Shown: positions 38,695 through 50,201 of the stretch, piece by piece | Position numbering within the stretch: position 1 is the first letter of the stretch | How the letters are laid out: each line of letters begins with the position of its first letter | From: a bacterium | GTDB lineage: Bacteria; Zixibacteria; MSB-5A5; GN15; FEB-12 | Assembly (NCBI GenBank): GCA_043811375.1 | Contig: JBDRNJ010000074.1 | Span: 1 to 64,000 of the forward strand | Direction: 5' to 3' | DNA length: 64,000 nucleotides | Notes under the pieces: generated by a model | The model's database searches: none | What the model saw: the letters and a program-made list of their open reading frames with translations, nothing else | Told to the model about the DNA's origin: nothing | Program-made: the position numbers and the translations under genes

Positions 38695-40505
38695 TGCCGA
38701 TTCTCCCTGCCGATGACTGTCAGTTCTGACCGGCTTAGTTTTTTATCCATATAACACCGGATAACCCGGCCCACAATCGGCGCCGCCACTTCAGAACCGT
38801 GGCCGGCGTTCTCCACGATGGCGCAGACCACAATTTCGGGTTCTTCAAGCGGAGCTACGCCCACGAACCAGGAATGGTTTTCACCATGAGGATTCTGTGC
38901 TGTGCCGGTTTTGCCGCCGATTGAGTAACTGTCGTTTTTCAATGAACGTGCTGTCCCGTCGTCTCCTTCCACTACCAACCGTATCCCCTCCAGCAGAATC
39001 GAGAGCGTCCCGTCAGAAAACGGCAACGTGAAGGACACCCGCGGCGCTATGGTCAATTCCTCTCCATCGGCGTAGGTGATCGTTCTGACGATGTGAGGCA
39101 CATAGACAATGCCGTGATTTGCCACCCCGCAGAAAAACTGAGTCAGCTGTACCGGCGTTACCAGAAGCTCGCCCTGGCCGATGGCATTGTTCAGCACCAG
39201 CCCACGTGTCCAACGGTTCTTACCGTAGCGCCGATTGTAGTAACGACTGTCCGGATTGAGCCCCGGTGACTCCCCCGGCAAATCGATACCGGTCGGATGA
39301 CCAAACCCGCACCGATCATAGTACTCACTGAGCTTGTCGATACCAAGCTTGAGCCCGATCTGATAAATGAACACATCGCACGACTGCTCCAGAACCTGCG
39401 CGGCTGCCAGGCTCCCATGCCCGCCCGGCTGCCAGCAGCCGAATACCCGGTTACCGAACCGATACCTGCCCGTGCATGGCTTCTCGGTACTGTTGGCGGT
39501 AATAAGACCTTCCTGGAGAGCTGCTCCGATCGTTACCAGCTTGACGGTGGATGCCGGGGGATAAAGCCCGTTTAGAGGACGATTCAACAACGGATGAGCC
39601 GAGTCGCCGGACATCGCCTGCCACAGACTCTCCGGCACCACTGATGAAAAGATGTTGGCGTCATAGCCGGGATACGATGCCATAGCCAGCACCTCGCCGT
39701 TGCGGGGATCCATCGCCACTACCGCACCGCAGCAAAACGTATCCAGAACTTCGGCACACAGTTGCTGCAGATCGATATCGATAGACAACGTGATATCGGC
39801 TCCCGGTTCGGCGGGAATCTCCGCTCGTTCCCGAAGCTGGCCCAGCACCTGGCCGGACGCTGTAACCTCCAGGTAGGCTGTTCCTTCACGACCGCGCAGC
39901 AGGAAGTCCTGCTGTTTCTCCAGCCCCTTCTTGCCGACCAGGCTGCCCAGGCGAAGTTCTTCTCCCTCCTCCCGACTTAGATCCTGATACGAAACCTCGC
40001 CCACATAACCGGTGTACGATTCGGCCGCCAATCCGCCACCATACTGGCGCACATGCTCCGTTTGCCAGGCCACCCCCGGAAACCGCGTCATCTGTTCCGC
40101 CAGAATTGCCACTACCTCGAACCCGACGTCCCGCTTGATTGGCGCCGGCTGATACCGATTGACCATGTTCCTGGCAATGCGGCGCTCAATTTCCAGCGTA
40201 TCCAGGTCGAGCAATCGGGCCAGGCTGGGAAGCGTCTGGCCGCGCTGCATCTCCGCCGGTACTACGGCTACCGTGTAGGAGGGACGATTGTCTATCAACG
40301 GGCGCCCCTCACGATCGTACACACGTCCCCGTCGGGGCACCACCGGCACCACCCGTATCCGGTTTTCCTCCGACCTCATAGCCAGTTGCCGGTGCTGGAG
40401 AATCTGCAGCTTGGCAAGTCCGCCAATCAACAGCAACAGCACCAACAGGACCACCACCAGGCTGGTTTTCTCTCTTCTCTCGAGTGGGATTGTGGAGCGT
40501 GGCAT
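38691..40505 (-). CDS. mrdA: Penicillin-binding protein 2
   Basis: STVK, SCD, KTGTAQ; N-terminal TM. Confidence 0.95.
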   Translation of the reverse strand: MPRSTIPLERREKTSLVVVLLVLLLLIGGLAKLQILQHRQLAMRSEENRIRVVPVVPRRGRVYDREGRPLIDNRPSYTVAVVPAEMQRGQTLPSLARLLDLDTLEIERRIARNMVNRYQPAPIKRDVGFEVVAILAEQMTRFPGVAWQTEHVRQYGGGLAAESYTGYVGEVSYQDLSREEGEELRLGSLVGKKGLEKQQDFLLRGREGTAYLEVTASGQVLGQLRERAEIPAEPGADITLSIDIDLQQLCAEVLDTFCCGAVVAMDPRNGEVLAMASYPGYDANIFSSVVPESLWQAMSGDSAHPLLNRPLNGLYPPASTVKLVTIGAALQEGLITANSTEKPCTGRYRFGNRVFGCWQPGGHGSLAAAQVLEQSCDVFIYQIGLKLGIDKLSEYYDRCGFGHPTGIDLPGESPGLNPDSRYYNRRYGKNRWTRGLVLNNAIGQGELLVTPVQLTQFFCGVANHGIVYVPHIVRTITYADGEELTIAPRVSFTLPFSDGTLSILLEGIRLVVEGDDGTARSLKNDSYSIGGKTGTAQNPHGENHSWFVGVAPLEEPEIVVCAIVENAGHGSEVAAPIVGRVIRCYMDKKLSRSELTVIGRENRQ

Positions 40506-40512
40506 AACGCGT

Positions 40513-41001
40513 TCAGAAGAGGCTTCTGATTTTCCGGTAAGTTATCTTCCCCTCCTTAAACAGGAAAAACAACCAGCCGATTGCAGCGGTATAGACAGCG
40601 CCGGGTAAAGCACTGACCAGACACAGATGTGCCAGACTGTGTCCACCGTTTATCATCAGCACCAGAACGTTGTGCAACAGAACGCCGCCAAAGATCAGCA
40701 CCAGCCGCGAGTAAAGTGATTCCAGGTTGAACCTCTCCCGAATGTGAAACGTGGCCAGCCCCACCGCCGCCAGCACCAGGGCATGCCAGCCCAGCACGTC
40801 GGGTCGTTCGGGGACCAGAACCAGGCCGGCCGCAAAACCAAACCAGACCACCACCAATTCTCGCTTATAGATTCCCACCACCAGTACAATCAGGGCAGCT
40901 ATGTTAATCACCGACATGCTGATAGCCGTCACGTCCCTGGTTATCACCTCGTGCAGGGCAATCAACAACAGGTAAAGTATGAATGGTATGGCTCTGGTCA
41001 T
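40513..41001 (-). CDS. mreD: Rod shape-determining protein MreD
   Basis: Hydrophobic 162 aa between mreC and mrdA. Confidence 0.75.
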   Translation of the reverse strand: MTRAIPFILYLLLIALHEVITRDVTAISMSVINIAALIVLVVGIYKRELVVVWFGFAAGLVLVPERPDVLGWHALVLAAVGLATFHIRERFNLESLYSRLVLIFGGVLLHNVLVLMINGGHSLAHLCLVSALPGAVYTAAIGWLFFLFKEGKITYRKIRSLF

Positions 41002-41795
41002 TGTTCCTGTATACGCAAAACGAATAGTTCCTCAAGCTTTCGGACGTCGGCAGCCGGGTTAAGACGCACTCTGCAGAACGGTTCCTCCTCCGGACGAATA
41101 ACCTCCGTTACCGTGCCCACCAACAAACCGGCCGGGTAGATACCCCCCAGACCTGATGACAGCACAGTATCGCCGACACGGATGTCCGCCTGAACGGGGA
41201 CATTGTCCAACACCATCCCGACCCCGATCACATGACGCACAATACCCATCTCGCGACTGCGGGCCAGGCGTGCCGCCACCCGATTCGACGGATCTGTTAA
41301 CAATTGAATAGTGGCGGTGCTGACACTAACTGAGACTACCCTCCCGATCAACCCATCCTGGTTGATCAAAGGCAGGTCAACCTTGATGGCATCCTCAAGG
41401 CCTCGGTTGATGGCCGCCGCTGTCGGCAGGTACGCTCCCAATCCGGAGACTTTCACTACCTTTGCCGGCGTCAGTTCATACCCGGGAGGTGGTTCAAAAC
41501 CCAATGCCGCTCGTAGTCTGACTGTTTCTCGCGAAACCTCTTCACACAGGGATAGCTTCTCGGATACTTCTACTAACTGCGCTTGAAGACGGCTCAAATC
41601 CGTAGCACGTACGGTAGCATCGATAAAACCCTGCTTAATCCGGTGAAATGGATAGTAGAGGCTGCTCAGAACAACCTCGCTGACCAGACCTCGCACTCCC
41701 GCCGGACCTAAAATCAGCCCCAAGGCCAACGCCAGCACCAAACCCAGTTGGATATTGCGCCATCGTCTGTGAAATAACTGAGATATCCAACTCAT
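40998..41795 (-). CDS. mreC: Rod shape-determining protein MreC
   Basis: GLIGRV, LLTD, SSGLGGIYPAGLLVG. Confidence 0.92.
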   Translation of the reverse strand: MSWISQLFHRRWRNIQLGLVLALALGLILGPAGVRGLVSEVVLSSLYYPFHRIKQGFIDATVRATDLSRLQAQLVEVSEKLSLCEEVSRETVRLRAALGFEPPPGYELTPAKVVKVSGLGAYLPTAAAINRGLEDAIKVDLPLINQDGLIGRVVSVSVSTATIQLLTDPSNRVAARLARSREMGIVRHVIGVGMVLDNVPVQADIRVGDTVLSSGLGGIYPAGLLVGTVTEVIRPEEEPFCRVRLNPAADVRKLEELFVLRIQEQ

Positions 41796-41826
41796 CTGTC
41801 GCCAGCGTCCCTGCTTGCCGACAGCC

Positions 41827-42279
41827 TCAGGTCACGTTGTCCATGAGTTCCATGACATCGCCCGGGGATATCGCCTCCATCAGTTTCTGTCGGTTCTCTT
41901 TCGACTTCATCAGATAGGACAGCCGCGCCATGACGTTCAAATGAGCGCCAATGGCATCTTCCGGAGCGGCTATCAAAAAGAACAGATGAACCGGCTTGTG
42001 ATCCATGGCGTCGAAATCAACGCCGTCAACACTGCGCCCGAAAGCAATCACAATTCCCTTGGTCGCCTTGGTCTTGGCGTGAGGAAAAGCCACCCCGTAG
42101 CCGGCCCCCGTCGTCACCAATTCTTCACGCTCCATGATATCAGCCAGCAACCCATCCCGATTCTTCACCATCCTGGAGGAGGCCACCAGGTCAACCAGTT
42201 CTTCAATCAGGGCGTTCTTTTTTGTCGCCTTCAGATTGAAGATAACCAATGTTTCGTCGCAGAATTTCGATAATTTCAT
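41827..42279 (-). CDS. ptsN: PTS EIIA (PtsN/fructose-type) protein
   Basis: EREELVTTG..GVAFPHA. Confidence 0.85.
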   Translation of the reverse strand: MKLSKFCDETLVIFNLKATKKNALIEELVDLVASSRMVKNRDGLLADIMEREELVTTGAGYGVAFPHAKTKATKGIVIAFGRSVDGVDFDAMDHKPVHLFFLIAAPEDAIGAHLNVMARLSYLMKSKENRQKLMEAISPGDVMELMDNVT

Positions 42280-42293
42280 CAGGCCCGACTCCT

Positions 42294-42461
42294 TTATACC
42301 TTTTCGGCCTCATCCGGCAACAGAACCGGGATATCGTCCACAATCCTGTAGGCCAGGCGACACGCCGGGCAGACAAGACGTTCCTCTTCTTCCTTATGGT
42401 CCAGCTTGCCTTTGCAAACCGGGCAGGCAAGTTTGCTCAGTAATTTTTCCGACAATACCAT
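42294..42461 (-). CDS. Trm112/YcaR family protein (55 aa, not in ORF track)
   Basis: [20 protein letters not shown]...[29 protein letters not shown]. Confidence 0.88.
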   Translation of the reverse strand: MVLSEKLLSKLACPVCKGKLDHKEEEERLVCPACRLAYRIVDDIPVLLPDEAEKV

Positions 42462-42472
42462 CCGTATTCTCC

Positions 42473-43432
42473 CTATCGGTCTTCAAACTCTCCTATGGCT
42501 CGATATTTCGCAACTCGATCCGCCAGTAGTTCATCTGTCGGCTTCGCCAGCAGTTCCTTCAACGTCGCTAGAATCTCTCTCTTTACCGTCTGCGCCGCCG
42601 CTTTCGGATCGTTGTGCGCCCCGTGCTGTGGTTCCTCTATCACCTGATCGACAATACCCAGCTTGACCAGATCGCCGGCAGTTGGTCTCAACGCCTCCGC
42701 CGCTTCCGGCGCCTTGGCGGCATCGCGCCACAGAATCGCCGCGCAGCCTTCCGGAGAGATAACCGAATACCAGGCATGTTCCATAATCATCACCCGATCA
42801 CCCAATCCGATACCCAGCGCACCGCCGGAGGCACCTTCGCCGATAATGACGATAACGATCGGCACCCGGATACGCGCCATCTCCCGGATATTAAACGCAA
42901 TCGCCTCCGCCTGGCCCCGCTCCTCGGCTCCTATACCGGGATAGGCTCCCGGCGTATCAATCAGCACCACAATCGGCACCTCGAACTTCTCCGCCAGCCG
43001 AAACAGACGCAACGCCTTGCGGTAACCTTCCGGGTGCATCATGCCGAAATTGCGGCGCAGGTTCTCCTTGGTATCGCGTCCCTTCTGCTGTCCGATAATC
43101 ATCACCGGCTGATCGTCAAGGTAGGCAAACCCGCCCACTACCGCCAGGTCATCGGCAAATCCCCGGTCGCCGTGCAATTCAACAAAGTCGGTGGTCATTT
43201 CCCGGATATAATCGAGCGTATACGGCCGCTTGGGATGACGGGCAATCTGTACCTGCTGCCATCGGCTCAGGTTGGAGTAGATTTCCTTCCGCAGCTTCTG
43301 GAGCTTCTTTTCCAGCGACTCAATCTCGCCGCTCAACTCGACATTCTCCCCGACTGAGAAATCCCTCATATCGGAGATTTTCTTCTCCAACTCGATAATT
43401 GGCTTTTCAAACTCCAGGTACGGTCTGTCCAT
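42473..43432 (-). CDS. accA: Acetyl-CoA carboxylase carboxyltransferase alpha subunit
   Basis: [32 protein letters not shown]. Confidence 0.96.
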   Translation of the reverse strand: MDRPYLEFEKPIIELEKKISDMRDFSVGENVELSGEIESLEKKLQKLRKEIYSNLSRWQQVQIARHPKRPYTLDYIREMTTDFVELHGDRGFADDLAVVGGFAYLDDQPVMIIGQQKGRDTKENLRRNFGMMHPEGYRKALRLFRLAEKFEVPIVVLIDTPGAYPGIGAEERGQAEAIAFNIREMARIRVPIVIVIIGEGASGGALGIGLGDRVMIMEHAWYSVISPEGCAAILWRDAAKAPEAAEALRPTAGDLVKLGIVDQVIEEPQHGAHNDPKAAAQTVKREILATLKELLAKPTDELLADRVAKYRAIGEFEDR

Positions 43433-43596
43433 CGCGGGACCTGTCTGCCTCAATTAGTAATAGGCTGCCTCAGCGGTTATTCGGGCATACTCCTGCCCGC
43501 CCCCGAAGCGAGATCAATAATAACGCATTAGCTGAAAATGACAACCAAAAAGTGTGAGTGAAAAGCCTCGGCGGAGCAGGCGGCTAAAGTCCCCTC

Positions 43597-45953
43597 TCAG
43601 TAGGGATCAACGCAACCCATGAGCGGTTCCGATCCGCCTTGGAACAGGAACGCCGTCAAGTAAGTGAGATCGCCCACATCAATGCTACAGTTAGCATCAA
43701 GATCGGCTCTCGAGGGCGGCTCAGGTTCGGGGCAACCCTGAAACAGACAGCAAACAAGATACGTAAGATCTCCCACATCTACTAGCCCGTTGCCGTCTAC
43801 GTCACCGGCTTTGAAGATGACAATGTTGTGCGCCGCCATCAGGTTGAAAAAAAGTGTCGTTCACCGGATAACCCAAGTATTGCCAACCTTGTATAAACTC
43901 ATAGATCGTCCAACAGTGATCATGGTTCGGGTCTCCCGGGTCGGGGTCGTAATTAGTGAGCACATCCCAAATGCTCTCCATCCCCACCCACCACTCTCCA
44001 TTATCGCTGTCATTATTGTGCCCCCACAGGGTGGAGCCTTGGTAATAATTGCTGTCATCCAGCGCGTCGTAGAGGTCCCACAATGCAACGGTCACAGCAC
44101 CCGGTATTGTAGCACCCTCGTACTGAGGAGCCGACCACGGGGGTTTAAGTGGATCGACCTCGCTGGGGTTGTTATAGTATGGGGCGTCGGGAATGGGCGA
44201 CTCATAGTCTCTTACAAGCCAGAGGGCGGAGTCCCACGTGGAATTAATAAAGATTCGTTCGTTCAGTACAACGCCGGAGAAGAGGTTTGCCCCACCCTCA
44301 TTCCAAGCCAAATGGAGGTTATTCTTGCCTTCTTGTGCAAATAGGTAATTCCACAGCCCCCCCTGCTTCTGGAATCTGCTCCATGTAGTAACGAGTCATA
44401 TGATGGGCATACTCGTGACAGAGAACTGCTAAGTCCCATTCATCCCAATTATAGTTTGGCTCATTGGCCCGACTCGCTATGTAGAAGCCGGGAACCCCAT
44501 CCCACAGAAAAGAACCGTAACCGCTGGTTTGCTTGGTACCATCTTGGTCATCCCAGATCGTGCCCGTGAAAGGCGGAAGCCCGGATTCACCCAAATCAAT
44601 TGAAATCAGATCCTGTGACTCGCTGAAATAGTCCAATATGCTGAAGGCACCTGATTTCCACAAGTCTGTTATACGCAAATACTCATCCGGTATGTATACA
44701 TCACCATGCTCAGGATTATATATTTGCACTCCGTGTCGGTACACCCAAAATAACGCGTCATCGGGAGAGAACTCGTGATCATCAGCATATACCACATCGG
44801 TTAGAGCGTTCTCGGAGATTAGGAATATCCGCACCCAATCCGAATTCATCGAGAAGGCAATGTGACCCGTTCCGTCGGTCACGTCGCTGCCTATCCAATC
44901 CCACACTTCACCGTCGTCCGATGTGTCGATATAAAACACAATGTGTCTCTGAGGATAATCGTTTGAGTACAGATCTCTATATGTAGGGTCACCTTCTATC
45001 CAATACCAATCCCCCTTTCTGATCAGCAGTACCCTCTCGATACTCCCGGCGGAGACCCGAAAGAAAGCACTGTCTGCCTCAAGCTCAAACGCACCCTGCT
45101 TATGGTCGGTCCTCTTGAATGTTGCCCGCCCCTGAAGCAACTCGACATCAACCAGGTCAACCGAAGAGTCAGTCACAAACACATACTCTCTGCCTTCGTC
45201 GTACGTAATCCTGATGGTGTCAAGTACCGATGAATCCAGCTTGATCGGCAGGACAGTTTTCCTGATCAGTTGCCGCCTTGCGTCCTCCCTGGTTCTTTTC
45301 TTGTCCTTCGTCTTATTTGGGATTTGACTATCTGTATCCCACGTGATACCCGGCGTCCTTGCGAACTCGGACGGTTGAGACACAATTACCGAGTCTAACT
45401 CTATCAATCCAGTATCGGTGACTTGGAGAACTGGTATTTTCTGAAAACCACGTTTTTGCTCTTCCGGTCGGAAGTCAATTGCGGTGCTACCTGTTCCTGC
45501 AACACACTTGATGGCCGTCAATTCTTGCCCTTCTGGGGCGGCCGGCCGTGGTACAGCATCTATCACCTCCATGGCAACTACCTTACCCCAGAAACGAAAG
45601 CGGGTTTCCATTTGCATTGAATACCTCGCCCTGAGTGAGTATGTGTTTCCCTTCTCCAGAAGACCTGTCCATACTGTATCGCCGCCCAGAAAAGTAACGC
45701 CATTCTCGGATCTGAGAAAAGCCTCATCCGGCACACCGCGAGTATGATAGCAATCCACCAGCGGTGCAAATGTGAAGACAACCTCAAACGGCTCTCCCGG
45801 TTTCGGTTCTCCGATGATCTCAACATTGCATTCTGCTTTGAATTCCGGATACTTGGTCTCGACCGTGGCGTAAATAGAAGTGGAGAAGATAGTTGCGCCT
45901 ACATACAGGGTGAGTGCCAACGCCACTGTCCTGGCACATCCTCTGGCTTCCAT
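43597..45953 (-). pseudogene. Secreted zinc metalloprotease with C-terminal dockerin, split by two +1 frameshifts
   Basis: HEYAH (ORF 44319-45953), AWNEG (43802-44311), dockerin (43597-43839); shifts fall in G7 and T7 runs. Confidence 0.75.
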
Positions 45954-46145
45954 AGAAACACCTCCCGACTCATGTTTTTAACAAGAATAGCACTATCGAT
46001 ATTTATACCCAAACTCATTGATACGGTCCCGAGCTTCAGCCACCCGCCAGCATTACAATAACGTGCAATCGGCCTGTTTATCAAGCCAAACCAGGTTCTT
46101 TCCGTGGCTGTTACCAGTGAATTGAGTCGCTGAGCCGGCAGTCCC

Positions 46146-47009
46146 CTACCGCCGGTTGGCCGGCTGGGAGACGGGCAGGAGCGAGACCAGGATGAAATTG
46201 ACCGCCAGTACCAGCGGCAGCAGTGTGTAGGTCATCAAACTGCGGCGATATTTGCGGAAATACTTCCAAACCGCCCAGTGATGATAACAGTTGCGGCGCA
46301 GTTTGCCGACATTGCTGCCGCGCCCCCACAGGTGCACCGCCCCCGCCGACGGCACGAAGTAGTTGGTGTGCCCCAGCGCGCTCAAACGGAGACAGAGATC
46401 GACGTCCTCCATAAACATGAAGAACCGCCGGTCGAAACCACCCACCTTTTCAAACAGTTCCCTGCGGATCATCATCATCGTGCCCGCCGACGCTTCCACC
46501 GCCGTGGTATCGGGGTAGTCCGGCAGCGTGTAGTGGCTGCCGTTGCGCAGCAGCCGCGAAAAAATCGACCCGCGTGAAAACAGCATATTGTCCAGGCGGG
46601 GTAACTTGCGGCAGGTAGCCTGAAAGGAACCATCGGGGAACCGCATCCGTCCGGACACCACGCCGACGTCGTCGCGGTTTTTGATAGCCGCCACCAGTTG
46701 CTCGATGGCGTCGTTGTCGATGGTGGCATCGGGGTTAAGAAACATCAGGTACTCACCGGTGGCTACACGGGCGCCCTCGTTGCAGGCTGCGGCAAAACCG
46801 ACATTGCGGCGGTTGGCCACCACCCGGGCCTGCGGAAAATGTTCGCGCACGGCCTGTTGGGAACTGTCCGAGGAAGCGTTGTCAACACCGATAATCTCGT
46901 GGCCGTTGCCGTTTAGACAAGCTTTGAGACCCGACAGGCACTCATCCAGCGCCGGTCGCGAGTTATGTGTCACGATAATGACTGAAACTTTGTTCTCTGT
47001 TGCCCGCAT
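46146..47009 (-). CDS. GT2 glycosyltransferase
   Basis: VDNASSD, NVGFAAACN, LNPD, FMEDVDLC. Confidence 0.9.
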   Translation of the reverse strand: MRATENKVSVIIVTHNSRPALDECLSGLKACLNGNGHEIIGVDNASSDSSQQAVREHFPQARVVANRRNVGFAAACNEGARVATGEYLMFLNPDATIDNDAIEQLVAAIKNRDDVGVVSGRMRFPDGSFQATCRKLPRLDNMLFSRGSIFSRLLRNGSHYTLPDYPDTTAVEASAGTMMMIRRELFEKVGGFDRRFFMFMEDVDLCLRLSALGHTNYFVPSAGAVHLWGRGSNVGKLRRNCYHHWAVWKYFRKYRRSLMTYTLLPLVLAVNFILVSLLPVSQPANRR

Positions 47010-47018
47010 GAACGAACC

Positions 47019-47747
47019 TTAACCAAGCTTCCCGAATATCGATTTCAATCGCAGCCACCAGACCATCCAGATCGCTTCCCGTACGATCTTTTTGGACATC
47101 TTCGATTCCCCCGCCCGGCGATCATAGAAAATGATCGGCATCTCCTTGATGCTGAAGCCCTTCTTCCAGACCCGCATCGACATCTCTATCTGAAAAGAAT
47201 ATCCCGTTGAGTGCACGTCGTCAAGGTCAATTTTCTCCAGCACCTCGCGGCGAAAACACTTGAATCCACCGGTAGCATCTCTAAGCGGCAGTCCGCTGAT
47301 CAAGCGCGTATAAACGTTGGCAAAATATGAAAGCAGCAGACGCGACATCGGCCAGTTAATCACGTTGACACCGGATATATAGCGCGAACCGATTACCAGA
47401 TCGTACTCTTTGATTTCCGTCAGGAAATTCTTGATATACTCCGGCCCGTGCGAAAAATCGGCATCCATCTCAAAGATGTAGTCAAACTTCCGTTCCAGTG
47501 CCCACCGGAATCCGGCCAGGTAGGCCTGCCCCAGCCCTTCCTTTTTTTTTCGATGCAGCACGTTGACCTTGGTTTCATGCTGACATAAACGGTCGGCGAT
47601 TTCGCCGGTGCCGTCGGGTGAGTTGTCATCGACAATAAGCACGTTAATCCGGGGATCCATCGGCAGGACGGCGTGCACGATGTTTTCGATATTCTCCCGC
47701 TCATTGTAGGTTGGGAAAATTATCAGGGCGCGTTGTGTGTGCTGCAT
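47019..47747 (-). CDS. Polyprenol monophosphomannose synthase (Dpm1/Ppm1-like GT2)
   Basis: PTYNERENI, DDNSPDGTG, MDADFSH, GYSFQIE. Confidence 0.9.
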   Translation of the reverse strand: MQHTQRALIIFPTYNERENIENIVHAVLPMDPRINVLIVDDNSPDGTGEIADRLCQHETKVNVLHRKKKEGLGQAYLAGFRWALERKFDYIFEMDADFSHGPEYIKNFLTEIKEYDLVIGSRYISGVNVINWPMSRLLLSYFANVYTRLISGLPLRDATGGFKCFRREVLEKIDLDDVHSTGYSFQIEMSMRVWKKGFSIKEMPIIFYDRRAGESKMSKKIVREAIWMVWWLRLKSIFGKLG

Positions 47748-50185
47748 CAGTTCTTGCCATCCTCCGGTTTCCGGTGCGATTTTGATCGCACCAGGTAAAC
47801 TCCAATTATAACCAGCAGATACAGCAACGTCAACCCCGTCACCAGCCGACCGGTCTTATAACGCTGCGAATCATATTTAAACAGCACCTGCCGGCTGCCG
47901 GCCGGAACCGCCACCGCCCGAAACGAACCGTAGGCCCGCAGTAACTGAGCCGGGGCGCCGTCAATCATTATCTGCCAGGCATCGTAGTAGTTGTCCATCA
48001 GCACAAGTATTTGATTGCGCGAACAGGCAAGGCCGACAACCACCGAATCTATGGCGTAATCCACTATCCAGGCGGAGTCGGAAACGTCGGAAAGGCTGTC
48101 TTTAACAATACTAATCCCCGGTTCCTGCTCCAGACAAACAACTCGTCGCAAGTCCAGACCACCTCTGACCACTTCGTCCACCATCTCCCCACGATCGGCA
48201 AAGACACGGTACTCATCAGCCAGAAAAGCGCGAGGAAAAGCATTTTCGTTTTCAATGATCTGCATCGATCCAAAATCAGCCGCTACCGCCAGCGGGATTC
48301 TTCCTAAAGCATTGGGCGGAACCTGCTGATTGGACGGGATCACCAGGTACCGGGCACCGACTAGATTTAAAAACCGGGGGTTGCTTTCGCCGGGAGCTCC
48401 CGGCCCACCCAGTAGATCGTCGTACCAGCGCAACTGGTTACCGTGATAGCCGGTTACCAGTTGCACCCCGTGAAACGGCAGCGTCTGCATCTGAGACATT
48501 ACCCGGTACTGCCCCGGTTGCTGTTGGAAGAACTCCGATACCGGATTGGGCGCCCACATCTGGTCCTGATCGAAAGTGTCGATAAAACGCGAATTAAAAC
48601 GCACTCCGTCCAGAACCGGCAACGCCGTCAATCCCACCAGCAGCACCATACCCGCTTTCCGATTTATATACAACCATATCAGCAGCGCCGCCCCGGCCGT
48701 AAACAGGAATGCCAGCCAGGCGCCGGACTGAATCGCCGGCAGATTCCGGTAGGCCACATCCAGCCGGGTGACACCCTGCTGGATATATGTGGTTGCTGCC
48801 TGACTATGGAATATCGACGCCCATACCGAGAGTATCGAGCGACCGGCCGCTCCGAACAGCAGGGCCAGTACCAGCATCGCCGCCGGCCAGCCCCACAGCA
48901 AATAACGAAAACGCTTGCCGCCAATCGAGCCGGACTCGGCCCGGGCATCGATAAGTCGCTGCACAGCCATCCCGGCCAGCATGGCCACTGAAAAACTGAA
49001 CAAAAACATGATCATCGACGGCGCCCGCAATGCCTTCACTTTGGGAATCAGAAAATAGAATATCTGAAATATCGGTGTCGTCCCGCCCAGTGCGTACAGC
49101 AGGGCGAACAGCGCCAGCCCGCCCATAAACCAGCGCTCCCGGCGGCGTGAAATCAACAGTCCCAGCAGTCCCACAAAAAATGTCGCCACCCCCACCGACT
49201 CGGAGTTGTCCTTAAACGAGTTCTTGCCCCAGTAGTAGGTTCGCGTGTTTTTGGAGGAAGTTCCCGAGAACTCGGGAATCACCAGTGAGACAGCTTCCTC
49301 CGCGTGCATTGACCACGAGGTCGCCCAGTCCCACCCCTTCTTGGTGTCAGCCCGCGGCGAAAAGTCGCTGGTATATATGTAACCGGGATAAAACTGGATA
49401 GCCGAGATCAGCAGGCCGATCACCACCGCGTAAGCTGTCAGTATTACCGGACGGACCATCGGAAGAACCTGCTTCCTCTCCCGGTAAAGCAGGTACATGC
49501 GGTACAGCGTATACAACGCCACCGCCCACAGTGTGAAATACGACATCTGCGGGTGGGGTGAGACAATTACAACTCCCAGCACCAGTCCCAGCAGCGAGGC
49601 ATTCAGAAAAGCCCGGCGCTGGAACATGCGGTCGAGAAAAAGCATCACCAGTGGGAACAGGGCCGTCACATAAATCTTCCCGTCATGCCCCGGCGCCACC
49701 AGCGATACCAGGTAGCCGGCAAACATGTAACAAACAGCCGACATCAGCGAGGCCGTTTTCGACAGCCGGAACTGCCTCGCCGCCAGATACATGAACAGAC
49801 CGGCCAGAAAAATATGTAGAACCAGCGTCATTCCCAGCATGCGGTAGATCGACCCGAAGAACTTCAGCACCGACAGCGGATAGAAAATGTCGCCATGAAA
49901 CGCCTCCACATACGGCATTCCCGCGAAAATGTAGGGATTCCACTGCGGCACCGAGCCGTGCTCGTTGTAATAATCAACCAGAAAACTGCGGAAGAAAACC
50001 CCGGCCTGAATCGTATCCGAACCATAGAGCATCTGGTCGGAGAAGATGAAATCGCCAAACAGGACCACCAGGGCTACAAAAATAACTACAAATGCCACCG
50101 GCACGAACCAGCGTTTCTGTTCTGGATCCCAAGTTCGCTGAACCTTGCGGGCAACCTCGGTCTTTTTCTTTTTGCTTTTGGCCAA
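47747..50185 (-). CDS. YfhO-like GT-C membrane protein
   Basis: PQWNPY..GMP, many TMs, PRAF, AVAVPAG C-terminus. Confidence 0.82.
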   Translation of the reverse strand: MAKSKKKKTEVARKVQRTWDPEQKRWFVPVAFVVIFVALVVLFGDFIFSDQMLYGSDTIQAGVFFRSFLVDYYNEHGSVPQWNPYIFAGMPYVEAFHGDIFYPLSVLKFFGSIYRMLGMTLVLHIFLAGLFMYLAARQFRLSKTASLMSAVCYMFAGYLVSLVAPGHDGKIYVTALFPLVMLFLDRMFQRRAFLNASLLGLVLGVVIVSPHPQMSYFTLWAVALYTLYRMYLLYRERKQVLPMVRPVILTAYAVVIGLLISAIQFYPGYIYTSDFSPRADTKKGWDWATSWSMHAEEAVSLVIPEFSGTSSKNTRTYYWGKNSFKDNSESVGVATFFVGLLGLLISRRRERWFMGGLALFALLYALGGTTPIFQIFYFLIPKVKALRAPSMIMFLFSFSVAMLAGMAVQRLIDARAESGSIGGKRFRYLLWGWPAAMLVLALLFGAAGRSILSVWASIFHSQAATTYIQQGVTRLDVAYRNLPAIQSGAWLAFLFTAGAALLIWLYINRKAGMVLLVGLTALPVLDGVRFNSRFIDTFDQDQMWAPNPVSEFFQQQPGQYRVMSQMQTLPFHGVQLVTGYHGNQLRWYDDLLGGPGAPGESNPRFLNLVGARYLVIPSNQQVPPNALGRIPLAVAADFGSMQIIENENAFPRAFLADEYRVFADRGEMVDEVVRGGLDLRRVVCLEQEPGISIVKDSLSDVSDSAWIVDYAIDSVVVGLACSRNQILVLMDNYYDAWQIMIDGAPAQLLRAYGSFRAVAVPAGSRQVLFKYDSQRYKTGRLVTGLTLLYLLVIIGVYLVRSKSHRKPEDGKN

Positions 50186-50201
50186 CAGACTCTCCCAAAT
50201 T

